Positions 27,106 to 39,800 of a DNA stretch of 64,000 nt are shown piece after piece (within the stretch, counting starts at the first letter, position 1; each line of letters begins with the position of its first letter). The stretch spans positions 45,632,001-45,696,000 of the forward strand of contig NC_088854.1 in NCBI RefSeq assembly GCF_963853765.1. The letters run 5' to 3'. The stretch is from Magallana gigas (Eukaryota). The position numbers were made by a program, and so were the translations under genes. The notes under the pieces were generated by a model. It made no database searches and was not told the origin of the DNA. It worked only from the letters and a program-made list of their open reading frames with translations.

Positions 27106-27884
27106 ATAATATTTTCGCAATTTGTTCCATAAAATGAAAGCATATTGATATCGGCATGACTATAAAGCATTTATTTTATTGTTCTTTGTCTAATTTTCTA
27201 TCTCAATTTAATAAGTTCACATTGATAAATCAACATTTCAAACTTCATATTTTTAAAGTAGAGAGCGCAGAAAGCAATAAAACTTGTAAAGCAATAAAAC
27301 TAGTAAAATTCAATAAGGTGATTTAAATTATTTAGAAATCACAAGATACAATATAATTCAATTCATTTGTATTTGCATAAATAAGAGGTCACAATACTTT
27401 ATATGTTGACAATACAATAAAAAGAAGGACAATTTATAAGTTGAAACACAACAAGTGAATTCACTCTTACGCAAAATTATACGTATCCAAAATAGGTTGA
27501 GAAAAAAGCTCAGAAATCCAGTAAAGATTCAGATTAGTATTTGTATCGAAAATTTAGAAATAAGGTCAACAACATGAAAAAAAATACGCCATTTCAAATT
27601 ATTATGACGACATTGATTCCTATTTAAGTGATGCAAGTAAAAGCAATCAAAAGCTTTATTAGAAGACAATAGAAGTAAATGAAAGGTGTTTTTCACACCA
27701 AATCTACAACTGAAATACAACCTATGCATTACACAGACAATAACGGCACTGATAATTTTGCATGCTCACATAACGACAAGATTTTTTAAATACATATTTC
27801 AGTTCAATTTCCAATTTAGATAATAACAATAAGGACTTACCTGTTTCGCAACACAAGTGTACAGACAATTTTTCAAACCTTGTC

Positions 27885-29945
27885 ATTCAAGAAGATGATG
27901 GAGTTTTTGACATTTTGTCAGTAATACCTGTTAATAAAGCAGTAGGCCCTGACAGTATAAGCCACAAAATGCTCAAATCCTGCAAAGAAACTATTTCAAA
28001 ACCTTTGTGTCTCCTATTCAACAAATCGCTATCATCTAAGACTTTTCCAGCTGACTGCTGGAAATTGGCACATGTAATTCCTTTATTTAAGAAAGATGAT
28101 CCATCTATCACATCAAACTACAGACCAGTGTCATTGCTGAGTTGTATTAGTAAATTTTTTGAGAGAATCTTGTTTAAACATCGATACAATTTTATACTCC
28201 AACAACTTATTTTATAAAAATCAGGCTAGCTGGTTTTTTGCCTCGACTTTCAACTGTGTACCAACTTTTAGAAACTTATCAATCTATTGTGAAAAGTATT
28301 GATGATGGTAATTATTGCTGTATGATCTTTTGTGATCTTTCAAAAGCTTTCGACGGTGTCTGGCATAAAGGTCTCATTCATAAACTTAAATCATATGGAT
28401 TTTCGAATGGTTTATTAGCTACTTAAGTAATAGAACACAGAAGGTTATGTATAAAAACAAACTCTCTTCTAGTCAATTCATAAATGCAGGTGTCTCTCAG
28501 GGCTCTGTTCTTGGCCCATTATTGTTTTTACTCTATGTAAATGATGTGGCTGAAAACATGAGATCAATATGTAGACTTTATGCTGATGATAGTACATTAC
28601 AACAGTGTTCAAACAATATTTCTGTCATAGAAGATACTCTTAATTATGATCTTCATTTACATATGTACTAAAGGAATGGTCAAAACAATGCCTTCTAGAA
28701 TTTAATAAAAAAAAAAAGTTGTATTCTTTAGTTTTAAAAAATGTTGGAAAAATCTTCTAATTTATTTTTTGATGATTGTGCTTTGGAATATGTTTCAAAA
28801 CACAAGCATCTAGGAGTATTGTTATCTTCAAATTGGTCTAATCACATAGACATCATTGTTAAAAAAGCTTACAAAAAACATGGTCTACTTAAAATTAACT
28901 TAAATTTACTGTTTCTAGAAACATTCTAACACAAATGTATGTATTATTTATAAGACCTCAACCAGAGTATGCTGTTGAAGTTTGGTCTGGATGTACCCAA
29001 TTTGATATGGATAAGCTTGAAAAGGTTTAATTATCATGATTATATGCAGCAAGAATACTTCCAGATCTTTCAGTCATAGCTTCAAGAAATTCTCTTTATT
29101 TGGAAACAGGATGGGAACCATTAATGATGAGACGAGGTCGCTTTAAATTATCTACTACGTTCAAAATTCATAATAACCTTGTTCCTTCTTATCTAAAAGA
29201 TATAACTCCTGTAATTAGAAATGTCACTTCCAACTATAATACTAGAAGCTCCTCAAACTATTCTTTGCCTAGATGTAGACTAGAAGTTTTTAACAAGTCA
29301 TTATTTCCTTACACTATTCGTAAGTGGAATAGTCCGAGTAATAATACCAAGGAAGCTATTTCATTAAATATTTTTAAGAAAACTCTACAGAGCGATAATA
29401 AAAAGGCTCTGAAGTTTTTCTCTTTTGGTTCAAGATTTTTAAATATCACTCATACGAAATTGAAGCATAGTTGTGTTCTCAATTATGATCTTTATCGATG
29501 TAACATAATAGCCAACCCAATGTGTTCATGTGCAAGTTCAGAAGATGCACATCATTTGTTCTTCGTTTGTAAAAAATATTCATTATCGTTGAACTTTTTG
29601 AATATAACTGATGTACATTTGATACCTTGGGGTGACATAACTTTATCTTATGATGAAAATATAAAAATATTTAAAGAAGTTCATACATTTATACAAAAGT
29701 GTGGAAGATTCATGTTTTTAAATTATTTGATTAACTTTCACGTCCATCCTATTTCTAATTCTAGATTTAAAACTATGGATTTGTTTGTATTTCATTAAAT
29801 GTACTATAACTGTTATATTTGTTAACTAGCATTGTATGGCATTGTACCAGGTAATTGTAATATATTTTGTACAAGGAGAGAACTTTCTAAGTTTTTGGAA
29901 CTTGTGTCCAATCCTTTTGGCAATAGTCAATAAAATATGTTCTAC
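27885..29945 (+). mobile_element. 5'-truncated, frameshifted non-LTR retrotransposon (CR1/L2-type LINE RT)
   Basis: Successive fragments KAVGPDSIS, NYRPVSLLSCISKFFER, FCDLSKAFDGVWHKGL, GVSQGSVLGPLLFLLYVND, LYADD, and a C-terminal CSC...EDAHHLFFVC. AATAAA near 29930. Confidence 0.93.
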
Positions 29946-29951
29946 TCAACT

Positions 29952-30180
29952 CAACAAGTGTAGGCCCCGATACGCTTCCGTATATGTCCCCTAAATGCAA
30001 GATATGTCAGCATGCTAGAAAATTGTGTCAAAATGCAAGATAATTATGTCTACATGCAAGATATTTATGTTGACATGCAAATTACACATCTTTTAAGAGA
30101 ACCAGACTTTAAAATATGTAAAATTACTTACGCCCGTATCTGACATAATAGATGCAAGATGCATAGCTAATATCAATTCA
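29952..30180. repeat. Partial inverted copy of the 24510-25090 element
   Basis: CAACAAGTGTAGGCCCCGATACGCTTCCGTA and CATCTTTTAAGAGAACC...CCGTATCTGACAT are reverse complements of 24960-25090. Confidence 0.85.
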
Positions 30181-30191
30181 TGTACATGTAG

Positions 30192-30222
<31 letters not shown>

Positions 30223-30919
30223 AAATTTCAATTTGACAAAACTTTAAGAACGACTCAAACTTCGCCTTGAAGCAAGAAGACCACAGTAACCGAATTTACA
30301 GTGGTCATATTGATTTAACTTTAACTGCCCACCCCACCCCACCCCCCCCCCCCTTTTTCTCTCAGCAACTAATTGTTTAAAATTTGCATATAAAAAATTG
30401 AATTATCATTGAGTTGCCCCCCCCCCCCAATTTTTTGGGAGCATGTAAAAAATTAATATGAAAATAAGGAAATTTAAGGAAATTAGGATTGAAATTGAAG
30501 TTATATAGTATTTATATATTTCTAGCAAGTCTGATCCTTTTCTTTCCAAAACGATGCTATGTGCTTACATCATCTTTCAATGTGTGTGCAGAAAGGGCTG
30601 ATAGACCAAAGGGGAGAAAATTCGGGGTCCTGCTTAGGGCAAGTCAATCTGCCATGATCTTAACACAGAAACACGATTAGTCGAAACTCCACATCCTTGA
30701 CCTACATGTACAGGCAATCTTTTGGTAAAAACTAAATGTTATTAGATCAGAGGATAAAAGAACTCTGAATTTTACAGATGACACTGAATGAATTCAGAAG
30801 CAACATTGTTACAGTTTTGAAACAGAAAAACATCGAGTGAATTGTATTTCTTAACAATGTTTTAATCTTGATCAATGATTCAAATTGGTCACATTTCTAA
30901 TATCATAAATAGTAAAATA

Positions 30920-31968
30920 CGAGGGTTGTTCGGAAATTATTGAGACATTTTCTCTTATTCTTTAAGTAAAAAAGATAAACTCTTGAAATTTTACCAAAAC
31001 GTAAATCAGTATAGAGTTTATCGATGTGAAAAATTTCTTGTTCATGGCATGAATAAATCATTCCTAGTAAGCTGACCAACGTGCCTTCGTCCTGTAACCC
31101 GGCGCAACCGCAAACTTTTCGCAACGTCATTTTAACGCTTCTTATTGCTCCCGTGTTTTAAACATCTTACAAATGAACTGAAATAAGAATTATTCTTTAT
31201 TTCTCATCTTTTGTTTTAATTTCAAGATGTCATCATTTACATTTTCTCTCATTCTTGTTTTTTTTTTAGAGAAAAAATCGAGTTATTTTTACCCGAAAGT
31301 CTAATTACTGTGAATGTCTCCTGCAGTCATTTTTTTTTTTACATATTTTAGAACTGTTGACAACAGTTAGTGTGTCAAAAGTTGTTAATTAATCCCTTTG
31401 GCCTAACTCTAGTTAAACAATCAGTGAAAAAAATATGATGAACTGAAGTTCTATACCTTGTCTTGTCATCGTATAGTTTTTTACGCAATTGCGTGGCTTT
31501 AAAAGGTCTTCTTCTGAGATTTCCACCAGTTTAATGGTTTTCGTTGCGCCGCCGTGACGTCAAAATTCAATGTAAAGTCGTTGTCAGATTTTTATTGTTT
31601 GGTAAATATATGTGTACCATATCCGTATTTCAACTCGAACATCAGTGAAACTTAATCAACAGTTAGTCGCAAAGAATAGCAAAATGAACATATTTAATTT
31701 GATTTCTTTTATCATTAACTGTAATTCTACGGACACTTATAAAGTAGATGTTTAAGTTGTTTAATCTCCAAATTCATGGCTGCGCCGGGTACCCCGACCA
31801 CCGACTTGTTTATCTACTGTCGTAAACAAAATATTAAATATTCTTTTAATATTACTCTGTTTTATTATTTGTTGGTGTTTCGTCAATGTCTATGCCAATT
31901 TTCACCAAAATTCGTCACTTAGAAAAGAAAATAATCGATTTGTCTCAATAATTTCCGAACAACCCTCG
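30920..31968. mobile_element. Tc1/mariner-type non-autonomous element, 28-bp perfect TIRs, TA target duplication
   Basis: TA|CGAGGGTTGTTCGGAAATTATTGAGACA ... TGTCTCAATAATTTCCGAACAACCCTCG|TA. No transposase ORF. Confidence 0.9.
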
Positions 31969-32492
31969 TAAACATATTCTGAGATAATAAACTGTCAAAG
32001 CATTAAAATTTATTAGAGATTAGTTAAACAACAATTATAGTTTATTTCCATTAAAGCTCTTGAAACATTAACACTGCAGTAATGACTTAAATCAAAATAC
32101 AAAAGGTTTTTAAATGAAAACCCTAGTATAACAAATGTAATTTAAATGGATGTACAGGAAATACCGAAAAAAAATTTAATACTGCATGCAGATGGCTCAT
32201 AATTTTACACAAACTCTCAGGGTTGTGTTGATTCTTTCCAAAAAGAAATTTCCAATTTCACTGTAAAACTAAGAATCATACTGTAAATAGATTTGTTTTA
32301 CATATATGAAATACTAAAGATATCAAATGTTGGCATGCTAACATATAAACAATGTACTCCTTTTCCAAGGAAGTATGTGATAGCATTTCATAAATATGCA
32401 CTGCTCCCAATATGTGGTCAATTCTACTCCATATTTTATTTGCACAGCGGTGTTGTCTTCTCTTCATTTACGGGAATTTATACCATGGTGCT

Positions 32493-35233
32493 TCATTGAT
32501 CAGTCACGCCAACTTTGTAAAACTCGCTGAACCGTGAAGTCAGCTCAACAGCATCATTGTATAGACCTAAATCTACAAATAAACACAATTTGATTTTTTT
32601 TAAAATTTAATTTCTACTCTCAATGAATAGTTTGTTAATGATACAATATAAATAGGCATGTTGATGCAATACACTTAAAAAGGGCTCAAGTTTCGCACGA
32701 GATTTAGTGTCATCTCTGTTGCTATGGTGAATAAAATTGCTCTTGACTTATGCACAGTAAGTAAAATTGTCTAAGTGCAAATGAAAATTATATGTATAAA
32801 ATACATATATACAAATTAAATAAAACACAAGTGCAGTTTGAGAGTAAGAGAAAACAGTCACCATGGTAAGTACTGTACAAGTAAAATTGCTTTATTTGCC
32901 ACTGCTTTTTACTTAAAAATTCAAGGGCATGACAATTATTGAGGCATTTTTGAGCAAGAAAAGTTTCAGTTTTATTCACCATTTTTAATTTTAAGAATGC
33001 TTCATCATAGTTTTTCTAATGCTTAACTAGAACTGTCCTAATGGGACTAATACCCCCGCTAGGCTAATTTCAAATGGGACAAATAATTGAATTGAATAAT
33101 AATTAAGGTTTGGAACACATAAAAAAAAAAATTCTAGAATTGTAAAAAAAAAAAAAATAGTTAACAAAGAAAAATCTAAATTGTCAGAATTTCACTGTAA
33201 ATACATATCTATAACAGTAATACATTTACAAATGTATGTATTTGATGATATATTTTTTTAATTTAATTGATTTAAAGAAAAACCAACAAAATGACAAAAA
33301 CCCCTCCCTTTGCAGTGAATAGAAATACCGGTAGCCAAGCAATGCTCTTCTGTTGATAAAACTTTCAATATCTTTCTTATAAGAGTCTTGACAGATGCAA
33401 TTAGTTGTTTCAAATTTTCCTCACTTTCTCCTATGGCACAATTGAACTCCATATCAGAAAATTGATCCCATAGGACTATGATTTTCTTTGATGAGCTTGT
33501 TAAATTTAATAAACTCCCAAAACATTACCATAATTACCATACTATGTAAAAATATGTAAAAAAGAAAATTTAATATTACTAACAATTTTAAATTGCCAAA
33601 ACACTACAATCATATCAGTAATTTTGAATTTCATTTAAATTAATGCCCAATAGGGTCACTTCATCAAATTACTTGACAAATAAATTTAAACAACCTCTAA
33701 AAATAGTTTAACTTCTTTATTAATAATTATATTATTTATTTCCTTATAATGATAGACCTTTTGGTTTACATGAAACAGTTTTAAAATAGCCCCAAAACCA
33801 TCACCCATTTTACAGATTATCAATTTCCCCTAAACACATGCTCCATCTGAACCATGGCTCAGATAATGGCTCCCTTGGGACAAATGAATTCAGCCACACT
33901 TGTCTTTGATGTTCTCATTAGCTCCTAAGAATTTATCATTGACAAACAAAAACTTTGCATTGTCAGTTGATAGAATACTTAAAAAAAATAATTTTTTTTT
34001 TATTAATTAAGACATAAAGACAAAAAACTCCATCTGGATGTATTTATATAAATATATTTTAGAGTGTTTTCTATTAATTAATTAATAAAATCTGTAAGGA
34101 TTACCTCCCTTACTTTTCAACATTAGTGTACAATATATAGAATAAGGAAAATGAAAAATGTCATAAAATCATTAAATCTTGTCTGATCTTAAAAAAAATT
34201 GCAGGTGCACATCTTCAGATGGTGTTCAACATATGTACAAATTTTCAAACTGTTCCATGCAGTAATAAAAAATTCTATAGGGGGGACAAAGTTGCGTCTA
34301 CAGACAGACGGACAGACAGACAGACGGACAGACGGACAGGGTGAAACCAATATACCCCCCTAAACTTCGTTTGCGGGGGTATAATAATAATTTGATAGTT
34401 GTCAAGTTGTCAGTGAGTAAAGACCATGCCCCTTTAATAAAAAACTCTTACCAAAAGTATCACTGATCTCCTTAGGAAATGCAATGTAGCTCTGACAGTT
34501 GATGTTATTCTGTGCATCTACGTTTCCATGGACTTCAGTTAATCCTGATACATATTCTCCAAGCTAAAAAGGTTTTAAATGTGTGAATTGGTTTTCATAT
34601 TCAAATCAATATTCATTTTTTCAATATTTTGTCATTTTTTAATTGAAATACAATAAAATTCACAATCGGATAAAAACAGACATCTAAAAATGGTAGGGTC
34701 GGGGCAATTTTGTAGGTTAGGCCGGGTTACCCTAAACACACAACCTTTTTTTTTTTAGGCCTAAGTATACTCACAGGTTCCTGCATGATTACTTTCACAT
34801 CTTGGCCATCCCCTGTAGACAATGTGAAGGCTGTTCCATTGCTATCCACCTAAGCCATGAAAAAAAAATCATTCAATATTGTGTAACCCAATTAAGGCCC
34901 AAATTGTACAGGTTGATGAATGTGTGCCAGTAGTATTCAGTCAACTGGTCAAGTAACACAAAGCAATTCTCTCCGTACGGCAACAGATCTGCAACCTACT
35001 TCTTACCTTTTAAAATAAGAGGGGAGTCGGATTTAAAAAGAATGGCGAGGGCTACATTATTGCTACTGAAAGCTAGGTGGTACAATAAACTTATATAAAG
35101 TTAGCCAATACGAACAAATTAAATATTGGGTAGGTAAACTTACATCCTTGGCATTTCCTAGTAAACAAACAGTTCGGCCCTGGAAACTTGGCAACATTTT
35201 ACCATTAACTCGAGGCTTCGAAAAATCTGACAT
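32493..35233 (-). CDS. RPA3: Replication protein A 14-kDa subunit. Exons 35233-35144, 34849-34775, 34563-34452, 32572-32493; 118 aa
   Basis: Spliced translation MSDFSKPRVNGKMLPSFQGRTVCLLGNAKD-VDSNGTAFTLSTGDGQDVKVIMQEP-LGEYVSGLTEVHGNV...ISDTF-DLGLYNDAVELTSRFSEFYKVGVTDQ*. All introns are GT-AG with matching phase. Typical RPA14 OB-fold sequence. Confidence 0.95.
34140..34385 (+). mobile_element. Helentron-associated non-autonomous element (HINE), 3' part, in RPA3 intron 3
   Basis: (GACA/GACG)n microsatellite followed by the terminal stem-loop ATATACCCCCC-TAAACTTCGTTTG-CGGGGGTATA. Confidence 0.75.
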
Positions 35234-35267
35234 CGTGAATGAAGTTGTTTTCGATGCTTCCAAAATT

Positions 35268-35275
35268 GCGGGAAA
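35268..35275 (-). promoter_or_regulatory. E2F-like site TTTCCCGC about 35 nt upstream of the RPA3 ATG
   Basis: Exact E2F consensus on the minus strand next to a DNA replication gene. Confidence 0.5.
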
Positions 35276-36853
35276 TAAGTTTGATCTTAGTCTTTTAAAC
35301 GCTTAAAATTGATTTCCGAACCCGAGCTTATTATTTTCCAATTGGGGGGGGGGGGGGGGGGGGGGGGTAATTTCATAAGATCCACGATGAACCCACCATT
35401 TAGTGAGTATAACCTGGCTTTTATGAGTTGGTGATTGAGGTAGAATTTTTGTTAGCTTAAATACCCGAAAACAGGTGCTTGCAGGGATGGAGAGGTCCGA
35501 CACCCTCCCCCCTTTGGGTCTTTACACCTTTTCAAATACATGTATATCCTTCATGTAAGACTTATTTCTGATTTTATCTAAGAATTTGATATTTATGAAA
35601 AATAAAAAGGGAGTAATAACCCGGGGGTCAATACCATGGGGGTTGGGGTGGGTCGGTCATGATCATGTCCCGAAGACCTCAATCTAATTAGATACATGTA
35701 GCAAGCACATTTGCCAATAAAATGGGATTAAAAAGCGATGGAGCACAAATTTATCATTTTATACTTTATTTTAAAAAAAAAAACGAGAGTATTTTGTTAT
35801 TGTTGCGTGAATTTGAGATGAACATATTAGTGTCGTATTTTTGTTTTAATTCATTTGACTGATTGAAAAGGTATTATGATTTAGACATGATGAAGATATC
35901 GATTGATATGTTATTAACACAATATTTACTGTGTAGATATACTTATTTTAAAAATATCATGTCTTCCTTTTTATGCACATAACGGTATCTAAATAAGTTC
36001 AACGTGTTCAAGTTCAGTGCGTAATATACAAATAATTAATTCCCTTAGTTATTGTTTTTCCGCGTTTATTCTTAAACTGTTGAAAAGACATAATACTTCA
36101 AAAACAGCTGTAATCTGTAATAAATTCTATAGTTGTATATTAGAAGCTTTAATAACAGCCCTACCATGGCGAAAAAACGACTGATTTGTAACACAGATTT
36201 GCATGTATTGGTAAATATCATGTATCGAAAATTAATTATTAACAATTCAAAGGGATTCATTAAATACAGAAATGGGCAATCAAAAAGTTTTCTGGTAACC
36301 TGTATTAATATAAATATATTTCCTGAATCTTTGTGAACTAATGAAATACACGTAGATAGATGATGAAAACAAAGTAAAAAGGAGTAATGCACATTACGTA
36401 ATATGTAAATGTAAACATGTATACAGGCATGTGCAGTACAACACATAAAGAGATCGGTGAATTCCCAAGAAACCATGGTACATATGTAAGAATTGTTGAT
36501 TGTCTTATTTAAAACAACCTCATAATTGAAAGACATTTTAAAACATTGCGTGCGTAGACGGCCAACGGACACTATGTGCATTTTCTAATTAATCACCATT
36601 TTTAGAAACCATATTTATAGGATAGTACAGGTGACTGTGAGGATAATTAATCTAAATTTATGTACACAACAATTTGAGCTTCCTCGTCACTTTTCAGTAA
36701 TACAAAGACTAGGACTCTGATATGTTTACGTTCAGTGCAGAGAGTCAACATATATACCTACATATCCTTGACATTTAAAGCGCGTCACATTAGGTAGGGC
36801 AGGCAAAAAAAAACTAACCTCGACTCTTTCGATCTTGTATTATCACTGTGAAA

Positions 36854-39800
36854 ATGAGGGAAGTAGGTCTGTACGTTCTTTTTCTTGTTTTGGGACATAT
36901 CCAGGCCGAGCAGAATGATTCTTGTCGATTTAGGACGCTTGCCCCGTCACACAATCAAAGCAGGTAAGTGACCTAGCTTTATGTTTCATAAAAAATATAT
37001 TTTTTTTTAAATTGCGAATATTAATGTGCATATGAAATGTTGTATTGCATCCTTGTTTATGCAAAGTTTATTTTCAAAAAGATTGTGCGTTCATTTAAGT
37101 GATAAACTTGCGATCCCGAACTTTTCCAGGTTTTTTTTTCAACCTCAATTTGCGTCCTTTCCGTTGTGATCCCAAACTTTCGTGTTAAATGCGAAATTCG
37201 ACTTTTGATTTATAGACAAGATTTAAAAACCTCAACACCTGAAGAACGAAACAAACAACAGAACGAAAATAACACCTATTCAAAAGAACCCAAAAAAGGA
37301 AAACTCGAAAAAATTCAACCCCATCATTTCAATTGTCATGAAGGCAGGTGCCTCCTTAAACCCCATGTATTTATACAAAGTTTCACGCAAAGGAGTTATT
37401 ATATAATTATCAAAACAATTTGAGACTTCCCCACCTTCTTTTGTCAATATACACTTCATTTATATGTTAGACGCCCAGCTAGATCAGGACTTGACAGATG
37501 TTTGTTAAAAATGGCCATCAGGTCTGCAACGAAAAGATTGCTAGTTCGAATCCTAAGCACACAGCAGTTTGTAACATACTGGTGCGGCTTCTTAAAACGA
37601 CGAACCGACGAAACGACAAGATCTTGTTCAAACACAAGGTTCAAATCTGATTAAAATCAGCTGTTTGATACACGCTACCGCTCTCTACTAGCTAGAGGAC
37701 ATCAAGAGTCGGCCCTCTACTGGTATTATTCTAGCCTAATTTGAAGTACCGGTATTGTACATATTCATGAATACAGAAACTGTGTCAGTAAACTTTTCGA
37801 GGATTGCTTTTTAATCTACTGAATATATTTACTTGGAGCTGATTGTGATTTACGTGTGAAATCGAGGTCTGATGTTGATGGAACTTGATGATCAGAATGT
37901 TTCACCAGCTAGACCACACATTCATGTGCATCGATGTATAATTAGTCACGTCTATTTATGTAGATGTCCTTTACTAGAATACTTGAAATTGTTGGTCAGG
38001 TCTTGACCAGAGTTAATGGATGAATAAGCAGGCCTGTTTACCTGTACATTTACATTCAGACACACTCATCACGGGAAAGAAATCCGAATTTTATTGCTGA
38101 TACATGTAATACTCAAAAAGCTTCGTTCACTGATAAAAACATAAAAAATAACTTTTCTTTACTTTCTGCATCGACTTTGCGGGGATGGCATGATCATGTC
38201 TTTTAAAGAATATGAACGAATAAGCAATACCTGAGGTATAGCCAACAACAACAACAACAAAAACTCGTACATGGAAAGGAGAATTGAAAGACAAGAGGGA
38301 AAGATTTTGGTCATTGGTGCAGCATATGCCATACCTGTTCAAGAAATAAGCATCCGTTTATTTGGACTCAAAATGACACATACTGTATACAGGATTATTT
38401 TCGCCCTTCTTCACTTACAGTTTCGCCCCGTCTTAAATTCGCCGAGACAAAGTTGTGTTTAAAGAGAGATAATTTGAAATATTGGAATTCGCCAAGTCTT
38501 AAATTCGCCCACTGACAACATGGGTGAAAATAAAACGGGGGCGAATATTTCCCTGTAGACAGTACCGATAACTTGCAGGACAGACTATAGATGTATTCCG
38601 ATACCTTACCAGATTAACCTAATAACCGTTACGAACATAACACATATCACTGTTTATATATGTTTGTATGCCTTGTGTATACGCACTTTCGTGCATAAAT
38701 GTATTTCTATCATATCATTTTACTCTATACAATACATTGAACTTTTGTCGTGTCTTTCAATACTTTCCACTAAGAAGTACATAGATTTACATAAAAATGT
38801 TAAAATGGTGAAAAATAAATTGTGGTTATTTAAATTCACCGACACCGAAATAAATTGATTAAGCACATGTTTTAATTAATTCAAAATAAAATTAAATAAT
38901 TTATTGAATGCAAAATGTGCCAAGAGTAAAAAGTCGAAGTGAACGAGTTAAAATTATGCAATAGATCCTGCAATAAGTCTTGATATTAAAACAAGTTGTA
39001 GACCCCTGAACTAAAGCTGTAATAAGGTTGTTAAAATGTCATTTTTACACACATGCTATTTCAATTAATGATGACTCACTTTCCCATATTAATGTCGTTT
39101 CCGCACTTTTAGCTTATAACAGTTACGTTACTTGTCCTAAATATTAACAATAAAACACCAAAAACAACAGTTGTTATGCAGAAAGCCACTCAAATTAAAT
39201 ATACCGAATACAACTTCTGGCAAAACAAAGCGTTTGCAACTGCGACAAACAAGCAGAAGGCAAACTGCAAACAACTTTTAACTTAATAAGCAGCTGATTC
39301 AGATGAACAATTTTATGGAAATCTATTAATATTTACATGAACATGTTATACTAGAAGAAAGATGAAAATCAAAATGACTTTTTATGTAATTTTCACATGC
39401 ATATTTCCTCCTCAGCATTTCGCCTATTCTGGAGAAACATGAGTCTGCCCTTCTGATGATCCTAGGCTTCGCCGGGTTTTCCATTCTTTTGGCGATCATA
39501 CACAATTCTATCAGGAAATACATCTACAAAGACGCCCATAGCTTGGACACGGTGTTTGACGCTGGCGGGAAAGTCACGCTCAGTTTGACGGCAGTCACCG
39601 TGACGTCACAACTATTATGGCCGGCAGATTTCCTACAGATTACCACTATTACTATTACTGTAATAAAATAGATAGAACAATCTAAGTAAAGAACCTCAAG
39701 TTTTTCTTCAAATAAGGAATTGAAAATAAGAATTTATTGCTTGGGATTAAGTTTACATTCTTATACGGGCATATTTTTTTTTTCAGAGTGGCATAGGAGG

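Noticed and set aside
33410-33455. DMEFNCAI as the last RPA3 exon
   Set aside because: No AG acceptor. The true terminal exon DLGLYNDAVEL at 32572-32493 has a proper acceptor and phase.
37544-37553. GTTCGAATCC, a tRNA B-box
   Set aside because: No convincing A-box or cloverleaf upstream. At most a very decayed SINE.
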